This document shows positions 18,974-29,805 of a DNA stretch of 59,476 nucleotides, in pieces; positions within the stretch are counted from its first letter, which is position 1; every line of letters starts with the position of its first letter. The position numbers were made by a program, and so were the translations under genes. Below the pieces are notes generated by a model. It worked only from the letters and a program-made list of their open reading frames with translations, was not told the DNA's origin and ran no database searches. The stretch comes from an uncultured Gemmatimonadota bacterium (GTDB lineage: Bacteria > Gemmatimonadota > Gemmatimonadetes > Palauibacterales > Palauibacteraceae): NCBI GenBank assembly GCA_964613475.1, contig CAZTGV010000001.1, positions 1 to 59,476 on the forward strand, given 5' to 3'.

Positions 18974-20058
18974 GCGAGGGGCTCGCCTGGCGGACGTTGG
19001 TCGCGTGGGGGCTCCCCCTCGCCTTCATCCTGGTCGGAGCCCTCGCCGGCGTGCTCTTCGAGCGAGTGGCGGTCCGGCGTCTCCGTCGCCTGGCCGCCCG
19101 CACCGCCTGGGAGTGGGACGACGTCCTCCTCCTGTCGCTCCGCCGGGCGCCCACCCTGCTGCTGACGGCGGCGGGCGCCTGGACCGCCACCCGGATCCTC
19201 CCGCTCGAGCCGGATGTCCAGCGGATTCTCGAGAAGATCCTGATGGTGCTGGTCATCTTCTCCCTCACCCTGGTGATCGCGCGGGCGGCGGGGGAGGGGA
19301 TCCGGCGGTACGCGGCGCGGCAGGGGACCTTCCTCCCCGCCAGCTCGTTGGTCACCAATGTGGCCAAGCTGGTGATCTTCATCCTCGGCGGGCTGATCAT
19401 CCTGCAGAACCTGGACATCCAGATCACCCCGATCATCGGGGCGCTCGGCCTCGGCGGGCTGGCGGTGGCCCTGGCGCTCCAGCCCTCGCTCTCCAACGCG
19501 TTCGCCGGCTTCCAGATCATTGCCACCCGCCAGGTGCGGGAGGGGGACTACATCAAGCTGGAGGGCCAGGAGGAGGGGTACGTGGTGGACGTCCGGTGGC
19601 GGAACACGACGATGCGCTCGATCCTGGACGACTTCCAGGTCATCATCCCCAACAGCAAGCTGGCCGAGTCGATCGTCATCAATTACAGCCTCCCCTCGCG
19701 GCCTCTCTGGGTGCGGATCGGCGTGGGCGTGAGCTACCGGAGCGACCTGGAGCAGGTGGAGCGCGTCACCCTGGAGGTGGCGGACGAGGTGTGGCGCGAG
19801 TTCTCGCACGCGCGCGAGGGGGAGGAGCCGGCGCTGCGCTACAAGGAGTTCGGCGACTCGGCGATCACCTTCCGGGTACGCATCATGGTGGACGAGTTCC
19901 AGATGCAGCGGATCGTCATGCACGAGTTCATCAAGCGGCTGCACGCCCGCTACCGCCGCGACGGGATCGAGATCCCGTGGCCGATCCGCACCCTCAACGT
20001 GCCGCGGCCGATCCCCGTCGCGCTGCAGGACGAGCGGCCGGAGGGGCGGGGTGCCTAG
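18970..20058 (+). CDS. mscS: Mechanosensitive channel, MscS family (copy 1)
   Basis: LGLGGLAVALALQPSLSNAFAG, GDYIKL, IIPNSKL, GVSYRSDLEQV, EFGDSAITF, GIEIPWP; GTGA overlap with the peptidase gene. Confidence 0.92.
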   Translation: MSEGLAWRTLVAWGLPLAFILVGALAGVLFERVAVRRLRRLAARTAWEWDDVLLLSLRRAPTLLLTAAGAWTATRILPLEPDVQRILEKILMVLVIFSLTLVIARAAGEGIRRYAARQGTFLPASSLVTNVAKLVIFILGGLIILQNLDIQITPIIGALGLGGLAVALALQPSLSNAFAGFQIIATRQVREGDYIKLEGQEEGYVVDVRWRNTTMRSILDDFQVIIPNSKLAESIVINYSLPSRPLWVRIGVGVSYRSDLEQVERVTLEVADEVWREFSHAREGEEPALRYKEFGDSAITFRVRIMVDEFQMQRIVMHEFIKRLHARYRRDGIEIPWPIRTLNVPRPIPVALQDERPEGRGA

Positions 20059-22049
20059 GACCGGGGCGGCGCAGGGGGCGCCGGGGCGCCGTCCCGGTGC
20101 TCGGGCACGCCGGCCGGGCCGGACGGCCGGTCCTCGTCCGTGGGAACGGCCTCTTCCTCGTCCATGTCCAGGATCTCCAGCACCCGGTCGCCGTCGAGCT
20201 CCTCGCGCTCGAGCAGCGCTTCGGCCAGGCGGTCCAGCGCCGGGCGGCGCTCCTGCAGGATCCGGTGGGCCCGGCCGTACGCCTCGTCGAGCAGCTCGCG
20301 CACCGCCTCGTCCACCGCCCGGGCGGTCGCCTCGCTGTACTCCCGGCGGCGCGCGATCTCCTCCCCCAGGAACACCTCGTCCTGCCGGCCGCCGGGCGCC
20401 ACCGCGCCGAGTCCCTCGGCCATGCCCCAGTCGAGGACCATCTTCCTCGCCAGCCGGGTGGATTCCTTGAGGTCCTGCTCCGCGCCGCTGGTCCGCCGGC
20501 GGAAGACGAGCGCCTCGGCCGCGCGACCGCCCATCATCACCGTCAGCCGGTCCAGCAGGTACTCCCGCTCGTAGAGGTACTTCTCCTTCTCCGGGAGCTG
20601 CTGGGTGACGCCCATGGCGCGTCCGCGCGGCACGATCGTCACCTTGTGGATCGGGTCGGTGTGAGGGAGCACCGCGGCGAGCACCGCGTGCCCGGCCTCG
20701 TGCCACGCGAGCGTTCGCCGCTCGTCCTCGGTGAGCACGAGCCCCTCCCGCTCCAGGCCCAGCAGGATCTTGTCCCGGGCCCGGTCGATGTCGTCGCGCT
20801 CGATGCGGTCCTTCTCCTCGCGCGCGGCGAGGAGGGCCGACTCGTTGAGGAGGTTCTCCAGGTCCGCCCCGCTGAAGCCGGGCGTGCTCCGCGCCAGCTC
20901 CTCCAGATCCACGTCGTCCCCGAGCGGCTTGTTGCGGGCGTGGATCTTCAGGATGTCCTCCCGGCTCCGCTGGGTGGGCAGGTCCACCATGACCCGACGG
21001 TCGAAACGGCCCGGACGCTGCAGCGCCGGGTCGAGGATGTCCGGGCGGTTGGTGGCCGCCATCACCACCACGCTCTCCGCCGGCTCGAAGCCGTCCATCT
21101 CGGAGAGGAGCTGGTTCAGCGTCTGCTCCCGCTCGTCGTGCCCGCCGCCGAGGCCGGCGCCGCGCCGCCGGCCGATCGAGTCGAGCTCGTCGATGAAGAT
21201 GATCGCCCGTCCGGCCTTCTTCGCCTCCTGGAAGAGGTCCCGCACCCGCGAGGCGCCGACCCCGACCAGCATCTCCATGAAGTCCGAGCCGGTGACCGAG
21301 AAGAACGGCACGTCCGCCTCCCCCGCCACCGCGCGCGCCAGGAGCGTCTTGCCGGTGCCGGGAGGCCCGACCAGCAGCACGCCGCGCGGGATCTCCCCGC
21401 CCAGCCGCTGAAAGCGCTCCGGGTGCTTCAGGAACTCGATGATCTCCCGCAGCTCGGTCTTGGCGCCCTCCAGCCCCGCCACGTCGTCGAACCGGGTCTC
21501 CACGCTCTCCCGGTTGTACGGCTTCGCCTTGCTCCGCCCCATCCCGAGGATGCCCTGGCCCTGCTGCTGCGCGCGGCGGAAGAAGATCCAGCCGAGGAAG
21601 ATGAGTAGGAGGAAGGGCGCCATGTAGAAGAGGATCATCCAGAGGGAGTCGTCGCCCGCCGGCTCGGTCCGGACCTCGACCTGGCGCTCCCGGAGCTCCT
21701 CCAGGAGCCCCTCGTCGCCGAACGAGGGGAGGTGCGTCTCGAAGGCGGCGTAGCGCTCCGCGGCCCCCTCCTCGTCCAGCCGCTCGGCCGGTTCCCGCAG
21801 CTCGCCTCGGATCTCCTCGCCCTGCACCGTGATGGAGGCGATCCGGTCCTCCTCGAGGTGCTCGCGGAAGGTCGTATAGCTGATCTCGGCGCGGTCGTCC
21901 CGCTCCAGCCCGCCCGGCCCGAACAGCCAGAACCCCGCCGCGAGGGCGAGCAGGAGCCAGAGCAGGCCGCGCCGGCGACGCGACTCCAGTCGCCGGCGAA
22001 GTTCCTTGCCCCGGTCCTCGCCGTCCGTTCCATTCTGGAAGGGAAGCAT
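20055..22049 (-). CDS. ftsH: ATP-dependent zinc metalloprotease FtsH
   Basis: Two TM helices, [39 protein letters not shown] zinc motif. Start placed at ATG22049; the ORF extends to 22127. Confidence 0.95.
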   Translation of the reverse strand: MLPFQNGTDGEDRGKELRRRLESRRRRGLLWLLLALAAGFWLFGPGGLERDDRAEISYTTFREHLEEDRIASITVQGEEIRGELREPAERLDEEGAAERYAAFETHLPSFGDEGLLEELRERQVEVRTEPAGDDSLWMILFYMAPFLLLIFLGWIFFRRAQQQGQGILGMGRSKAKPYNRESVETRFDDVAGLEGAKTELREIIEFLKHPERFQRLGGEIPRGVLLVGPPGTGKTLLARAVAGEADVPFFSVTGSDFMEMLVGVGASRVRDLFQEAKKAGRAIIFIDELDSIGRRRGAGLGGGHDEREQTLNQLLSEMDGFEPAESVVVMAATNRPDILDPALQRPGRFDRRVMVDLPTQRSREDILKIHARNKPLGDDVDLEELARSTPGFSGADLENLLNESALLAAREEKDRIERDDIDRARDKILLGLEREGLVLTEDERRTLAWHEAGHAVLAAVLPHTDPIHKVTIVPRGRAMGVTQQLPEKEKYLYEREYLLDRLTVMMGGRAAEALVFRRRTSGAEQDLKESTRLARKMVLDWGMAEGLGAVAPGGRQDEVFLGEEIARRREYSEATARAVDEAVRELLDEAYGRAHRILQERRPALDRLAEALLEREELDGDRVLEILDMDEEEAVPTDEDRPSGPAGVPEHRDGAPAPPAPPRS

Positions 22050-22179
22050 CTGTCGGACGTCCTTCCGATGCGGCGGGGACCTCGCCGCGCATGCGCCGGT
22101 CCCGCGGTTTTCTGCGTGATCCTGCAAGTCTGAGGCGAGAAAAGCGAATGGCGGTCACGACGAGCGGGGGAGCGATCGG

Positions 22180-23466
22180 GTGACCTTCCTCGACCACACC
22201 TGGTACGGCAACTCCTTGCGCGCGTGGCTGGTGGCCGCGGCGGTCCTCCTCGGGACCCTGGGACTCCTCTGGGTCCTGGAGCGCGTCCTCGCCTGGCGCC
22301 TGGAACGGGCGGCGCGGGCGCGGCAGGCGGAGGCGACCGAGGCCGCGGAAGCCGCCGACGCGGGCGGCGCCGGGACGGCGGAGCCGGTCGCGCCCCCCGG
22401 ACCGGCCCTCGGGAAGGGCACCGGCCTGCCGGACCTGGTCTCGCACCTCGCCCGGCGCACCAAGGTGCTCTTCCTGCTCGTCGTCGCGGTGTACGCCGCC
22501 TCGCACGTGCTGACCCTGCCCGAGCGGACGGTGACCGTGCTCACCCGGGCGGCCGTCATCGCCCTCCTCCTCCAGGCGGGGATCTGGGCGAGCGCCACCG
22601 TCACCTTCTCGATGCGGCGCTACCGCCACCGCGCCCTCGACGAAGACGCGGCCAGCGTGACGACCATGTCCGCGTTGAGCTTCGTGGGCCGCCTCGTCCT
22701 GTGGGCGCTCGTGCTGCTGCTGATCCTCGACAACCTGGGCATCCAGGTGACCGCGCTACTGGCGGGCCTCGGGATCGGGGGCATCGCGGTCGCGCTCGCG
22801 GTCCAGAACATCCTGGGCGACCTGTTCGCCTCCCTCTCCATCGTCCTGGACAAGCCGTTCGTGATCGGGGACTTCCTCATCGTGGACGAGTACCTGGGGA
22901 GCGTCGAGCACATCGGCCTCAAGACGACCCGGCTGCGGAGCCTGTCCGGCGAGCAGCTCGTCTTCTCCAACAGCGACCTGTTGAACAGCCGCATCCGGAA
23001 TTACGGCCGCATGTTCGAGCGGCGGGTGCTCTTCTCGATCGGGGTGACCTACCAGACGCCACGCGACAAGCTGCGTCGCATCCCGATCATGATCCGGGAG
23101 GCGGTGGAGGGGCGGGCGCTGACCCGCTTCGACCGGTCCCACTTCAAGGAGTACGGGGACTTCTCCCTGAACTTCGAAACGGTCTATTACGTGCTGAAAC
23201 CGGACTTCAACACGTACATGGACATTCACGAGGAGATCAACCTGGAGCTGCACCGCCGGTTCGAGGAGGAAGGGATCGAGTTCGCCTATCCCACCCGGGT
23301 CGTCTACGCGCGCTCGCTGGATGGGGCCGCCGCGCCCGCCACGGTCGCGGACGGGGCGCGGGAGGCCGCCGGTGCGTCGGCGGGGGACCGCGGCGCCCGG
23401 CGCGGCGGCGGCGCGGGTCCCGAGGAGGCGCCCGGCGCCCCGTCCGAACGCGGGACGCGCGAGTGA
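22180..23466 (+). CDS. mscS: Mechanosensitive channel, MscS family (copy 2)
   Basis: LGIGGIAVALAVQNILGDLFAS, DKPFVIGDF, VEHIGLKTTRLRSLSGEQLVFSN, GVTYQT, GIEFAYPT. Confidence 0.93.
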   Translation: MTFLDHTWYGNSLRAWLVAAAVLLGTLGLLWVLERVLAWRLERAARARQAEATEAAEAADAGGAGTAEPVAPPGPALGKGTGLPDLVSHLARRTKVLFLLVVAVYAASHVLTLPERTVTVLTRAAVIALLLQAGIWASATVTFSMRRYRHRALDEDAASVTTMSALSFVGRLVLWALVLLLILDNLGIQVTALLAGLGIGGIAVALAVQNILGDLFASLSIVLDKPFVIGDFLIVDEYLGSVEHIGLKTTRLRSLSGEQLVFSNSDLLNSRIRNYGRMFERRVLFSIGVTYQTPRDKLRRIPIMIREAVEGRALTRFDRSHFKEYGDFSLNFETVYYVLKPDFNTYMDIHEEINLELHRRFEEEGIEFAYPTRVVYARSLDGAAAPATVADGAREAAGASAGDRGARRGGGAGPEEAPGAPSERGTRE

Positions 23467-24983
23467 GCGAGATCCCGCACGCCGGCGAGCCCGGGCGAGG
23501 TTCGGCCGACGCCCGGCTCGTGGTGGTATCCAACCGCTTGCCGATCAAGCTCACCCGGAACAAGGGGAGCGACGAGTGGCGGATCGAGCCCGGATCCGGC
23601 GGGCTGGTGACCGCCATGGCCCCGGTGCTTCGGCGGCGGGGCGGACTGTGGATCGGCTGGCCCGGCACCGTGGAGGAGGACGGGGTCGAGCTGGAGCCGC
23701 TCCTGCCGCGAGTGGTGGAGCGCTTCGGCTATCAGCTCCAACCCGTGCCCCTGACGGCGGACGAGCGCGACAACTTCTATCTCGGCTTCTCGAACGAGGT
23801 CGTGTGGCCGCTCTTCCACGACCTGCAGACGCTGTACAACTTCGATCCCGCGTACTGGCGCACCTACCGGACGGTGAACCGGAAGTACGCGGAGGTGATC
23901 GTCGCGAACGCCCGGGCCGGCGATTACATCTGGGTGCACGACTACCACCTGATGAACGTCGCCCGCGAGCTCCGGGACCTGGGCTTCGAGGGCCGGATCG
24001 GCTTCTTCCTCCACACGCCCTTCCCGAATCCGGACATCTACCTGAAGCTTCCGTGGCGCTTCGAGATCCTGCAGGGCCTGCTCCAGTACGACCTGCTGGG
24101 CTTCCAGACCGTGCGGGACCGGCGGAACTTCCTCCACTGCGTGCGCCGCCTGCTGATCGACGTGCCGATGGCGGGGTCCGGGGCGGTGGTGACGTGCCGG
24201 GTGGACGGCCGACCGATCCGCGTCGGCAGCTTCCCGATCAGCATCGACTTCGAGGCGTTCGCGGCCCTGGGCGGCTCGCCCGAGGTGGCCGCCCGCTGTA
24301 GCCGGCTGCAGGAGCGGCTGCCGGGCCGGCGGCTCGTCCTCGGGGTGGACCGGCTCGACTATACGAAGGGGATCCCGTACCGGCTGCAGGCGTTCCGGAA
24401 GGCGCTGGAGCGGTTCCCGGAGCTGCGGGGCCGTCTGTCGCTCATCCAGGTGGTGGTCCCGAGCCGCGAGAACATCCCGGAGTACGCGGACCTCAAGGAG
24501 GAGATCGAGCGGCTGGTGGGGCGGATCAACGGCGAGTTCACCGAGTCGGGGTGGGTGCCGATCCACTACATCTACCGGAGCCTGGAGCGGGAGGACCTGG
24601 TCGCCCACTACCGCTGCGCCGAGATCGCCTTCGTGACGCCCCTCAAGGACGGCATGAACCTGGTCGCCAAGGAGTACTGTGCGGCGAACGTGGACGAGTC
24701 CGGCGTCCTCATCCTGAGCGAGTTCGCCGGGGCGGCCGACCAGCTACAGGAGGGCGCGCTGCTGGTGAACCCCTACGATCTCGAGGGGATGGCCGAGGCG
24801 ATCCACCGGGCCACGCGGATGTCGCCGGAGGAGCGGCGCGACCGGATGCGGAAGCTCCGCGCGGCCGTGCGGTCGCAGGACATCTTCTGGTGGACCGACC
24901 TGTTCCTCAGGGCCGCCACCGCCGAGAGCCTCGAGGGCTTCCCGGATCTCCCGGACTACACCCCGCGCGCCCGCGCCTCCTGA
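23463..24983 (+). CDS. otsA: Alpha,alpha-trehalose-phosphate synthase (GT20), no phosphatase domain fused
   Basis: [60 protein letters not shown]. Confidence 0.95.
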   Translation: MSEIPHAGEPGRGSADARLVVVSNRLPIKLTRNKGSDEWRIEPGSGGLVTAMAPVLRRRGGLWIGWPGTVEEDGVELEPLLPRVVERFGYQLQPVPLTADERDNFYLGFSNEVVWPLFHDLQTLYNFDPAYWRTYRTVNRKYAEVIVANARAGDYIWVHDYHLMNVARELRDLGFEGRIGFFLHTPFPNPDIYLKLPWRFEILQGLLQYDLLGFQTVRDRRNFLHCVRRLLIDVPMAGSGAVVTCRVDGRPIRVGSFPISIDFEAFAALGGSPEVAARCSRLQERLPGRRLVLGVDRLDYTKGIPYRLQAFRKALERFPELRGRLSLIQVVVPSRENIPEYADLKEEIERLVGRINGEFTESGWVPIHYIYRSLEREDLVAHYRCAEIAFVTPLKDGMNLVAKEYCAANVDESGVLILSEFAGAADQLQEGALLVNPYDLEGMAEAIHRATRMSPEERRDRMRKLRAAVRSQDIFWWTDLFLRAATAESLEGFPDLPDYTPRARAS

Positions 24984-24985
24984 GC

Positions 24986-25003
24986 GGCGCCCGGCCGGGC
25001 GCC
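24986..25003. terminator. Perfect 18-bp GC palindrome just after the otsA stop (possible terminator hairpin, no U-tract)
   Basis: GGCGCCCGGCCGGGCGCC equals its own reverse complement. Confidence 0.4.
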
Positions 25004-25033
25004 TCCCGGAGGGCCGCGCCGTCGTCCGTTACA

Positions 25034-25062
25034 TTGACAGGGCGTGGGGCGCTCGGTATGGT
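25034..25062 (+). promoter_or_regulatory. Sigma70 promoter of the prs-rplY-pth operon
   Basis: TTGACA (25034-25039), 17-nt spacer, TATGGT (25057-25062). Confidence 0.8.
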
Positions 25063-25152
25063 GCGCGGCTGTGGATTTTCCGGTGCGCCCGGTACGCGGC
25101 CGCCCGGTCCGTCGCGAGCACGCCCCCGCACCAGAGAGCGAACGAAGACGAG

Positions 25153-26112
25153 ATGCCGGAACTGTCGGCCACCGCGAGCCCGCTGCTCCTGCTCTCCGGG
25201 ACGGCGAACCGCGCCCTCGCCGAGCGGATCGCGGCCGAGCTGGACCAGGCGCTGTGCGACGTGACGATCAAACGGTTCGCCGACGGCGAGATCTTCGTCC
25301 GGATCAACGAGAACGTCCGCGGTCGCGACGTGTTCCTGATCCAGCCGACGAACCCGCCGGCGGAGAACGTGCTGGAGCTGCTGATCCTGATCGACGCGGC
25401 CAAGCGGGCGTCGGCCGCGCGCGTGACGGCCGTGGTCCCGTACTTCGGCTACGCGCGCCAGGACCGGAAGGACCAGCCGCGGGTGTCGATCGCGGCCAAG
25501 CTGATGGCGAACCTGATCACCGCGGCCGGCGCCGACCGGCTGCTGTCGATCGACTTCCACCAGCATCAGCTGCAGGGCTTCTTCGACATCCCGGTGGACC
25601 ACCTGTACGCCTCGCCGGTGCTCATGGAGCACTTCCGCGGCATGGGTCTGGACAACCTGGTGGTGGTGGCGACCGACGTGGGCGCCGCGAAGATGGCGCG
25701 CGGCTACGCGAAGCGTCTGGGCGGGGACCTGGCGATCGTCGACAAGCGGCGTCGCGGCCCCAACGTCGCGGAGTCGCTGAACGTGGTGGGGGACGTGGAC
25801 GGGAAGCGGTGCGTGATTCCGGACGACATGATCGACACGGCGGGAACGATGACCAGCGCGGTGAAGATCCTGCGCGAGCGGGGCGCCACCGACATCTACT
25901 GCGTGGCCACCCACGCGCTGCTCTCCGGCCCGGCGGTCGAGCGCCTGGCGTCTGCCGACGTGCAGGAGATCATCGTGACGGACACCGTGCCGGTGCCGGA
26001 GGAGAAGCGGCGGGCGCTCGAGAACCTGCGGGTGCTCTCGGTCGCGGGCCTGCTGGCCAGGGCGATCGAGAACACGCACTACAACCGGTCGGTGAGCTCT
26101 CTCTTCAACTGA
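25153..26112 (+). CDS. prs: Ribose-phosphate pyrophosphokinase
   Basis: FADGEIFV, PYFGYARQDRKD, DFHQHQLQGFFD, DVGAAK, DDMIDTAGT. Confidence 0.98.
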   Translation: MPELSATASPLLLLSGTANRALAERIAAELDQALCDVTIKRFADGEIFVRINENVRGRDVFLIQPTNPPAENVLELLILIDAAKRASAARVTAVVPYFGYARQDRKDQPRVSIAAKLMANLITAAGADRLLSIDFHQHQLQGFFDIPVDHLYASPVLMEHFRGMGLDNLVVVATDVGAAKMARGYAKRLGGDLAIVDKRRRGPNVAESLNVVGDVDGKRCVIPDDMIDTAGTMTSAVKILRERGATDIYCVATHALLSGPAVERLASADVQEIIVTDTVPVPEEKRRALENLRVLSVAGLLARAIENTHYNRSVSSLFN

Positions 26113-26190
26113 CGGATCCCCGCGGCGGGGCGTGATGGACCGGCCCGCGGGCCGGAACCCGCGGCGGGCGTACGGATACGAGGCGACGCA

Positions 26191-26892
26191 ATGAGACGAC
26201 AGGAGCGATTGGAAGTCGAGCGCCGGGCGCGGACGGGCAAGGGTGCGGCGCGCCGCATGCGCCGCGAGGGCTACGTGCCCGCGGTCGTCTACGGCCACGG
26301 CGAGGCTTCGGAGAACGTCAAGGTGCGGGCGGAGGACCTGGATTCCCTCCTCGGCCGGATCAGCGTGGACAACACGCTGATCGACCTCGCCCTGGACGGC
26401 TCCGACACGCAACGGGTGCTGATCCGCGAGGTGCAGCGCCATCCGGTGCGGCCGGACATCCTGCACGTGGACTTCTTCCACATCCGCGAGGACGAGAAGA
26501 TCCGGGTGGACGTCCCCCTGCGGCTCGTCGGGGAGGCGCCCGGCGTGGAGGAGGGCGGCATCCTCCAGCAGAACCGCCACGAGATCGCGATCGAGTGCCT
26601 CCCGAGCGACATCCCCGAGGTGTTCGAGCTCGATGTGAGCGCCCTCGAGATCGGCGACTCGCTGCACGTGCGCGACCTGGATGCCGGCGGCGTGACGCTG
26701 CTCGAGGAGCCCGATCTCACCCTGTGCACGGTCGTGCCGCCCTCGGTGATGGCCGTGGAAGAGGAGGAGGAGCCGGAGGCGCTCGAGCTGCTCGAGGAGA
26801 TGGAGCCGGAGGTGATCGGTCGCCGCCGCGAGGAGGAGGAGGGGGCGGAGGAGGAGCCGGCGGAAGAGCCGGAGGAACCGGAGGAGTCGTAG
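26191..26892 (+). CDS. rplY: 50S ribosomal protein L25 / general stress protein Ctc with acidic tail
   Basis: GKGAARRMRREGYVPAVVYGHG, EVQRHPV, LHVDF, GVEEGG; Glu-rich C-terminus. Confidence 0.96.
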   Translation: MRRQERLEVERRARTGKGAARRMRREGYVPAVVYGHGEASENVKVRAEDLDSLLGRISVDNTLIDLALDGSDTQRVLIREVQRHPVRPDILHVDFFHIREDEKIRVDVPLRLVGEAPGVEEGGILQQNRHEIAIECLPSDIPEVFELDVSALEIGDSLHVRDLDAGGVTLLEEPDLTLCTVVPPSVMAVEEEEEPEALELLEEMEPEVIGRRREEEEGAEEEPAEEPEEPEES

Positions 26893-26953
26893 CGCTCCGG
26901 CCGGACCGCTCCCGTCCGCCCGCCCCGCCGCGCCGGCGCGTCCGTCCCTCGGC

Positions 26954-27514
26954 TTGAAAGTCGTGCTGGCGCTCGGGAACCCGGGCGATCGCTACCGGGA
27001 CACGCGGCACAACGTGGCCTGGTGGCTGGCGGACCGGCTCGTCCGCGACTGGGAGTTCCCCCCGTTCCGCGCTTCGGGGCGCGCCGCGTCCAGCGGCGGA
27101 CGGGTCGGCGACGCCCGGGTGGAGCTGATCAAGCCGCTCACCTACGTGAACCGGAGCGGGGACGCGCTCGCCCCGCTCCTCGACCGCGAGCTGGACCCGG
27201 AGCACGACCTCCTGGTGCTGGTGGACGACGTGTGGCTGGAGCCCGGCGTCATTCGGCTCCGCGCCCGGGGATCGCCCGGCGGGCACAAGGGGCTCGCCTC
27301 GATCGAGCGCGCGGCGGGAACGGCCGCCTACGCCCGGCTCCGCATCGGGGTCGGGCGACCGCACGATGAGCGGATCGAGATGGCGGACTGGGTGCTGTCT
27401 CCCCTCCCCGCGGGCGAGGAGGAGCGCGTGCTCGCGGCCTTCGGGCCGGCCGTGCGGGCCGTGGAGTGCTGGGTGGCGGAAGGGATCGAGGCCGCCATGA
27501 ACCGCTTCAACTGA
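26954..27514 (+). CDS. pth: Peptidyl-tRNA hydrolase
   Basis: LGNPG..Y..TRHNV, KPLTYVNRSG, VDD, GGHKG, RLRIGVGRP. Confidence 0.95.
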   Translation: MKVVLALGNPGDRYRDTRHNVAWWLADRLVRDWEFPPFRASGRAASSGGRVGDARVELIKPLTYVNRSGDALAPLLDRELDPEHDLLVLVDDVWLEPGVIRLRARGSPGGHKGLASIERAAGTAAYARLRIGVGRPHDERIEMADWVLSPLPAGEEERVLAAFGPAVRAVECWVAEGIEAAMNRFN

Positions 27515-27529
27515 CAAGGAGAGGATGCC

Positions 27530-29704
27530 GTGGCACAACTCAGCGACTGGGCGCTCTGGCTCGGGCTGATCGGGCTGGCGTTCGCCTGGGCGCTCTTCAC
27601 GTACGTGAAGCGGCAGCCGACCGGCACCGCCACCATGACCGAGCTGGCGGACATGATCCACGCCGGGGCGATGACCTTCCTGCGACGAGAGTACTCGGTG
27701 CTGATCCCCTTCATCCTGGTGGTGGCGGGGGTCCTCTGGTTCCTGATCGGGGGGCGCACCGCGGCGGCGTACGTCTTCGGCGCGGTCTGCTCCGCGGCCG
27801 CCGGCTTCATCGGCATGCAGGCGGCCACCCGGGCCAACGTCCGCACCACCGAGGCGGCCCGGTCGCACGGCCAGGCGCGGGCGCTGCGCGTCTCCTACAG
27901 CGGCGGGGCGGTGATGGGCCTGGCGGTGGCCAGCCTGGGGCTGGCCGGCATCGGGCTGGTGCTGCTCATCTACCGGCCCGAGGTCGTCGGGTACCGGACC
28001 TTCGGCGAGATCATCAGCGGCTTCGCCATGGGCGCCTCCACGATCGCGCTGTTCGCCCGGGTGGGCGGCGGGATCTACACGAAGGCGGCCGACGTGGGGG
28101 CGGACCTGGTGGGGAAGGTGGAGGCGGGCATCCCCGAGGACGACCCCCGGAACCCGGCCACCATCGCCGACAACGTGGGCGACAACGTGGGCGACGTGGC
28201 CGGCATGGGCGCGGACATCTTCGAGTCCTACGTCGGCTCGGTGGTGGCGACGATCGTGATCGGGGCGACCAGCCCGCTCATCCTGGCCGGCTCGCAGCTC
28301 GAGGCCGTGGCGCTGCCGATCCTCTACGTGATGGTGGGGCTGCTGGCGAGCGCGATCGGCATCCTCTCCGTCCGCCTGCTGGAGCGCTCCAATCCGGCCG
28401 CCGCGCTCCGCAACACCACCTTCATCGCGGCGGGCCTGTTCTGGGTCGGCGCCTACTTCATCACCATCCACCTGCCGATCTTCCCCGAGGACGCGGGCCT
28501 GTGGCAGTGGCTGCATCCCCACGCCGGGCCGTTCTGGGCCATGCTGTTCGGCTCGCTGGTGGGGATCTTCATCGGGCTGGCGACCGAGTACTATACGGCC
28601 GGCGCGCCGATCCGGAAGATCGCCGACGCGTCGCAAACCGGCTCGGCCACCAACATCATCACCGGCCTGGCGGTGGGGCTCGAGTCCACCGCCGTTCCGA
28701 TGCTCCTGATTTGCGGTGCCATCTTCCTCGGCTTCCAGTTCGCCGGCCTGTACGGGATCGGGATCGCCGCTGTGGGCATGCTGGCCACCGTGGGGGTGAC
28801 CATGACGGTCGACTCCTACGGCCCGGTGGCGGACAACGCCGGGGGGATCAGCGAGATGAGCGGCCTGGGGCCGGAGGTGCGCGGCATCACCGACAGCCTG
28901 GACGCGCTGGGCAACACGACCGCGGCGATCGGGAAGGGGTTCGCGATCGGCTCGGCGGCGCTCACCGCCCTGGCGCTCTTCTCCGCCTACTCGAACGCGG
29001 TCGGGTTGACGGTGGACGGGATCGACCTGGTCGACCCGCTGGTGGTGATCGGGCTCTTCGTGGGCGGCGTGACGCCCTTCTTCATCGCCTCGCTCACCAT
29101 GACGGCGGTGGGCCGGGCGGCCGCCGGGATGGTGGCGGAGGTGCGTCGGCAGTTCCGGGAGATCGCCGGTCTGATGGAGGGGACGGCGAAGCCCGACTCC
29201 GCCCGCTGCGTGGACATCTCCACTCGCGCGGCGCTCAAGGAGATGATCCTCCCCGGCCTGACCGCGATCCTGGTGCCCGTGCTCGTCGGCTATTTCCTGG
29301 GCGTGCAGGCGCTGGGCGGCCTGCTGGCCGGGGCGACGGTGAGCGGCGTCCTGCTCGCCCTGTTCATGGCGAACGCGGGGGGCGCCTGGGACAACGCCAA
29401 GAAGCACATTGAGGCCGGCGCCTACGGCGGCAAGGGGAGCGACCCGCACAAGGCGGCGGTGGTCGGGGACACGGTCGGCGACCCCTTCAAGGACACGGCC
29501 GGGCCCTCCATGAACATCGTGATCAAGCTGGTGAGCGTGGTCGGGCTCGTGCTCGCGCCCTGGCTGGCGGCGGTGCACGGGCGCGTCCCGCCCGAGGAGG
29601 CGCCGCCGGTCGAGGCGGCGGCCGAGATCTCGGCGGCCCTGCTGCAGGCGATCGAGGTCGTGACGCCGTCGGCGGAGGCGCTGGGGAGGCTCGTGGCCGG
29701 CTGA
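27530..29704 (+). CDS. hppA: Membrane-integral ion-pumping pyrophosphatase, K+-dependent, Na+-PPase-like
   Basis: [80 protein letters not shown]. Confidence 0.96.
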   Translation: MAQLSDWALWLGLIGLAFAWALFTYVKRQPTGTATMTELADMIHAGAMTFLRREYSVLIPFILVVAGVLWFLIGGRTAAAYVFGAVCSAAAGFIGMQAATRANVRTTEAARSHGQARALRVSYSGGAVMGLAVASLGLAGIGLVLLIYRPEVVGYRTFGEIISGFAMGASTIALFARVGGGIYTKAADVGADLVGKVEAGIPEDDPRNPATIADNVGDNVGDVAGMGADIFESYVGSVVATIVIGATSPLILAGSQLEAVALPILYVMVGLLASAIGILSVRLLERSNPAAALRNTTFIAAGLFWVGAYFITIHLPIFPEDAGLWQWLHPHAGPFWAMLFGSLVGIFIGLATEYYTAGAPIRKIADASQTGSATNIITGLAVGLESTAVPMLLICGAIFLGFQFAGLYGIGIAAVGMLATVGVTMTVDSYGPVADNAGGISEMSGLGPEVRGITDSLDALGNTTAAIGKGFAIGSAALTALALFSAYSNAVGLTVDGIDLVDPLVVIGLFVGGVTPFFIASLTMTAVGRAAAGMVAEVRRQFREIAGLMEGTAKPDSARCVDISTRAALKEMILPGLTAILVPVLVGYFLGVQALGGLLAGATVSGVLLALFMANAGGAWDNAKKHIEAGAYGGKGSDPHKAAVVGDTVGDPFKDTAGPSMNIVIKLVSVVGLVLAPWLAAVHGRVPPEEAPPVEAAAEISAALLQAIEVVTPSAEALGRLVAG

Positions 29705-29805
29705 CCGGCGGTTCGGTCGATCCCCGTTCACCGAGGCGCGCGCCGCGGCGCCGCGTCCCGGCACCGCGCGACGGCGGGCGGGTACGGAGCACGACGGACA
29801 CAGGA

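Noticed and set aside
22100-22150. Sigma54 site in the ftsH/mscS divergent spacer (TCGCC..TTGCA on minus strand)
   Set aside because: Lacks the invariant GG at -24.
9975-25152. Active integrative element or prophage at tRNA-Gln
   Set aside because: No integrase, recombinase, transposase or phage genes, and no copy of the tRNA 3' end found before prs.
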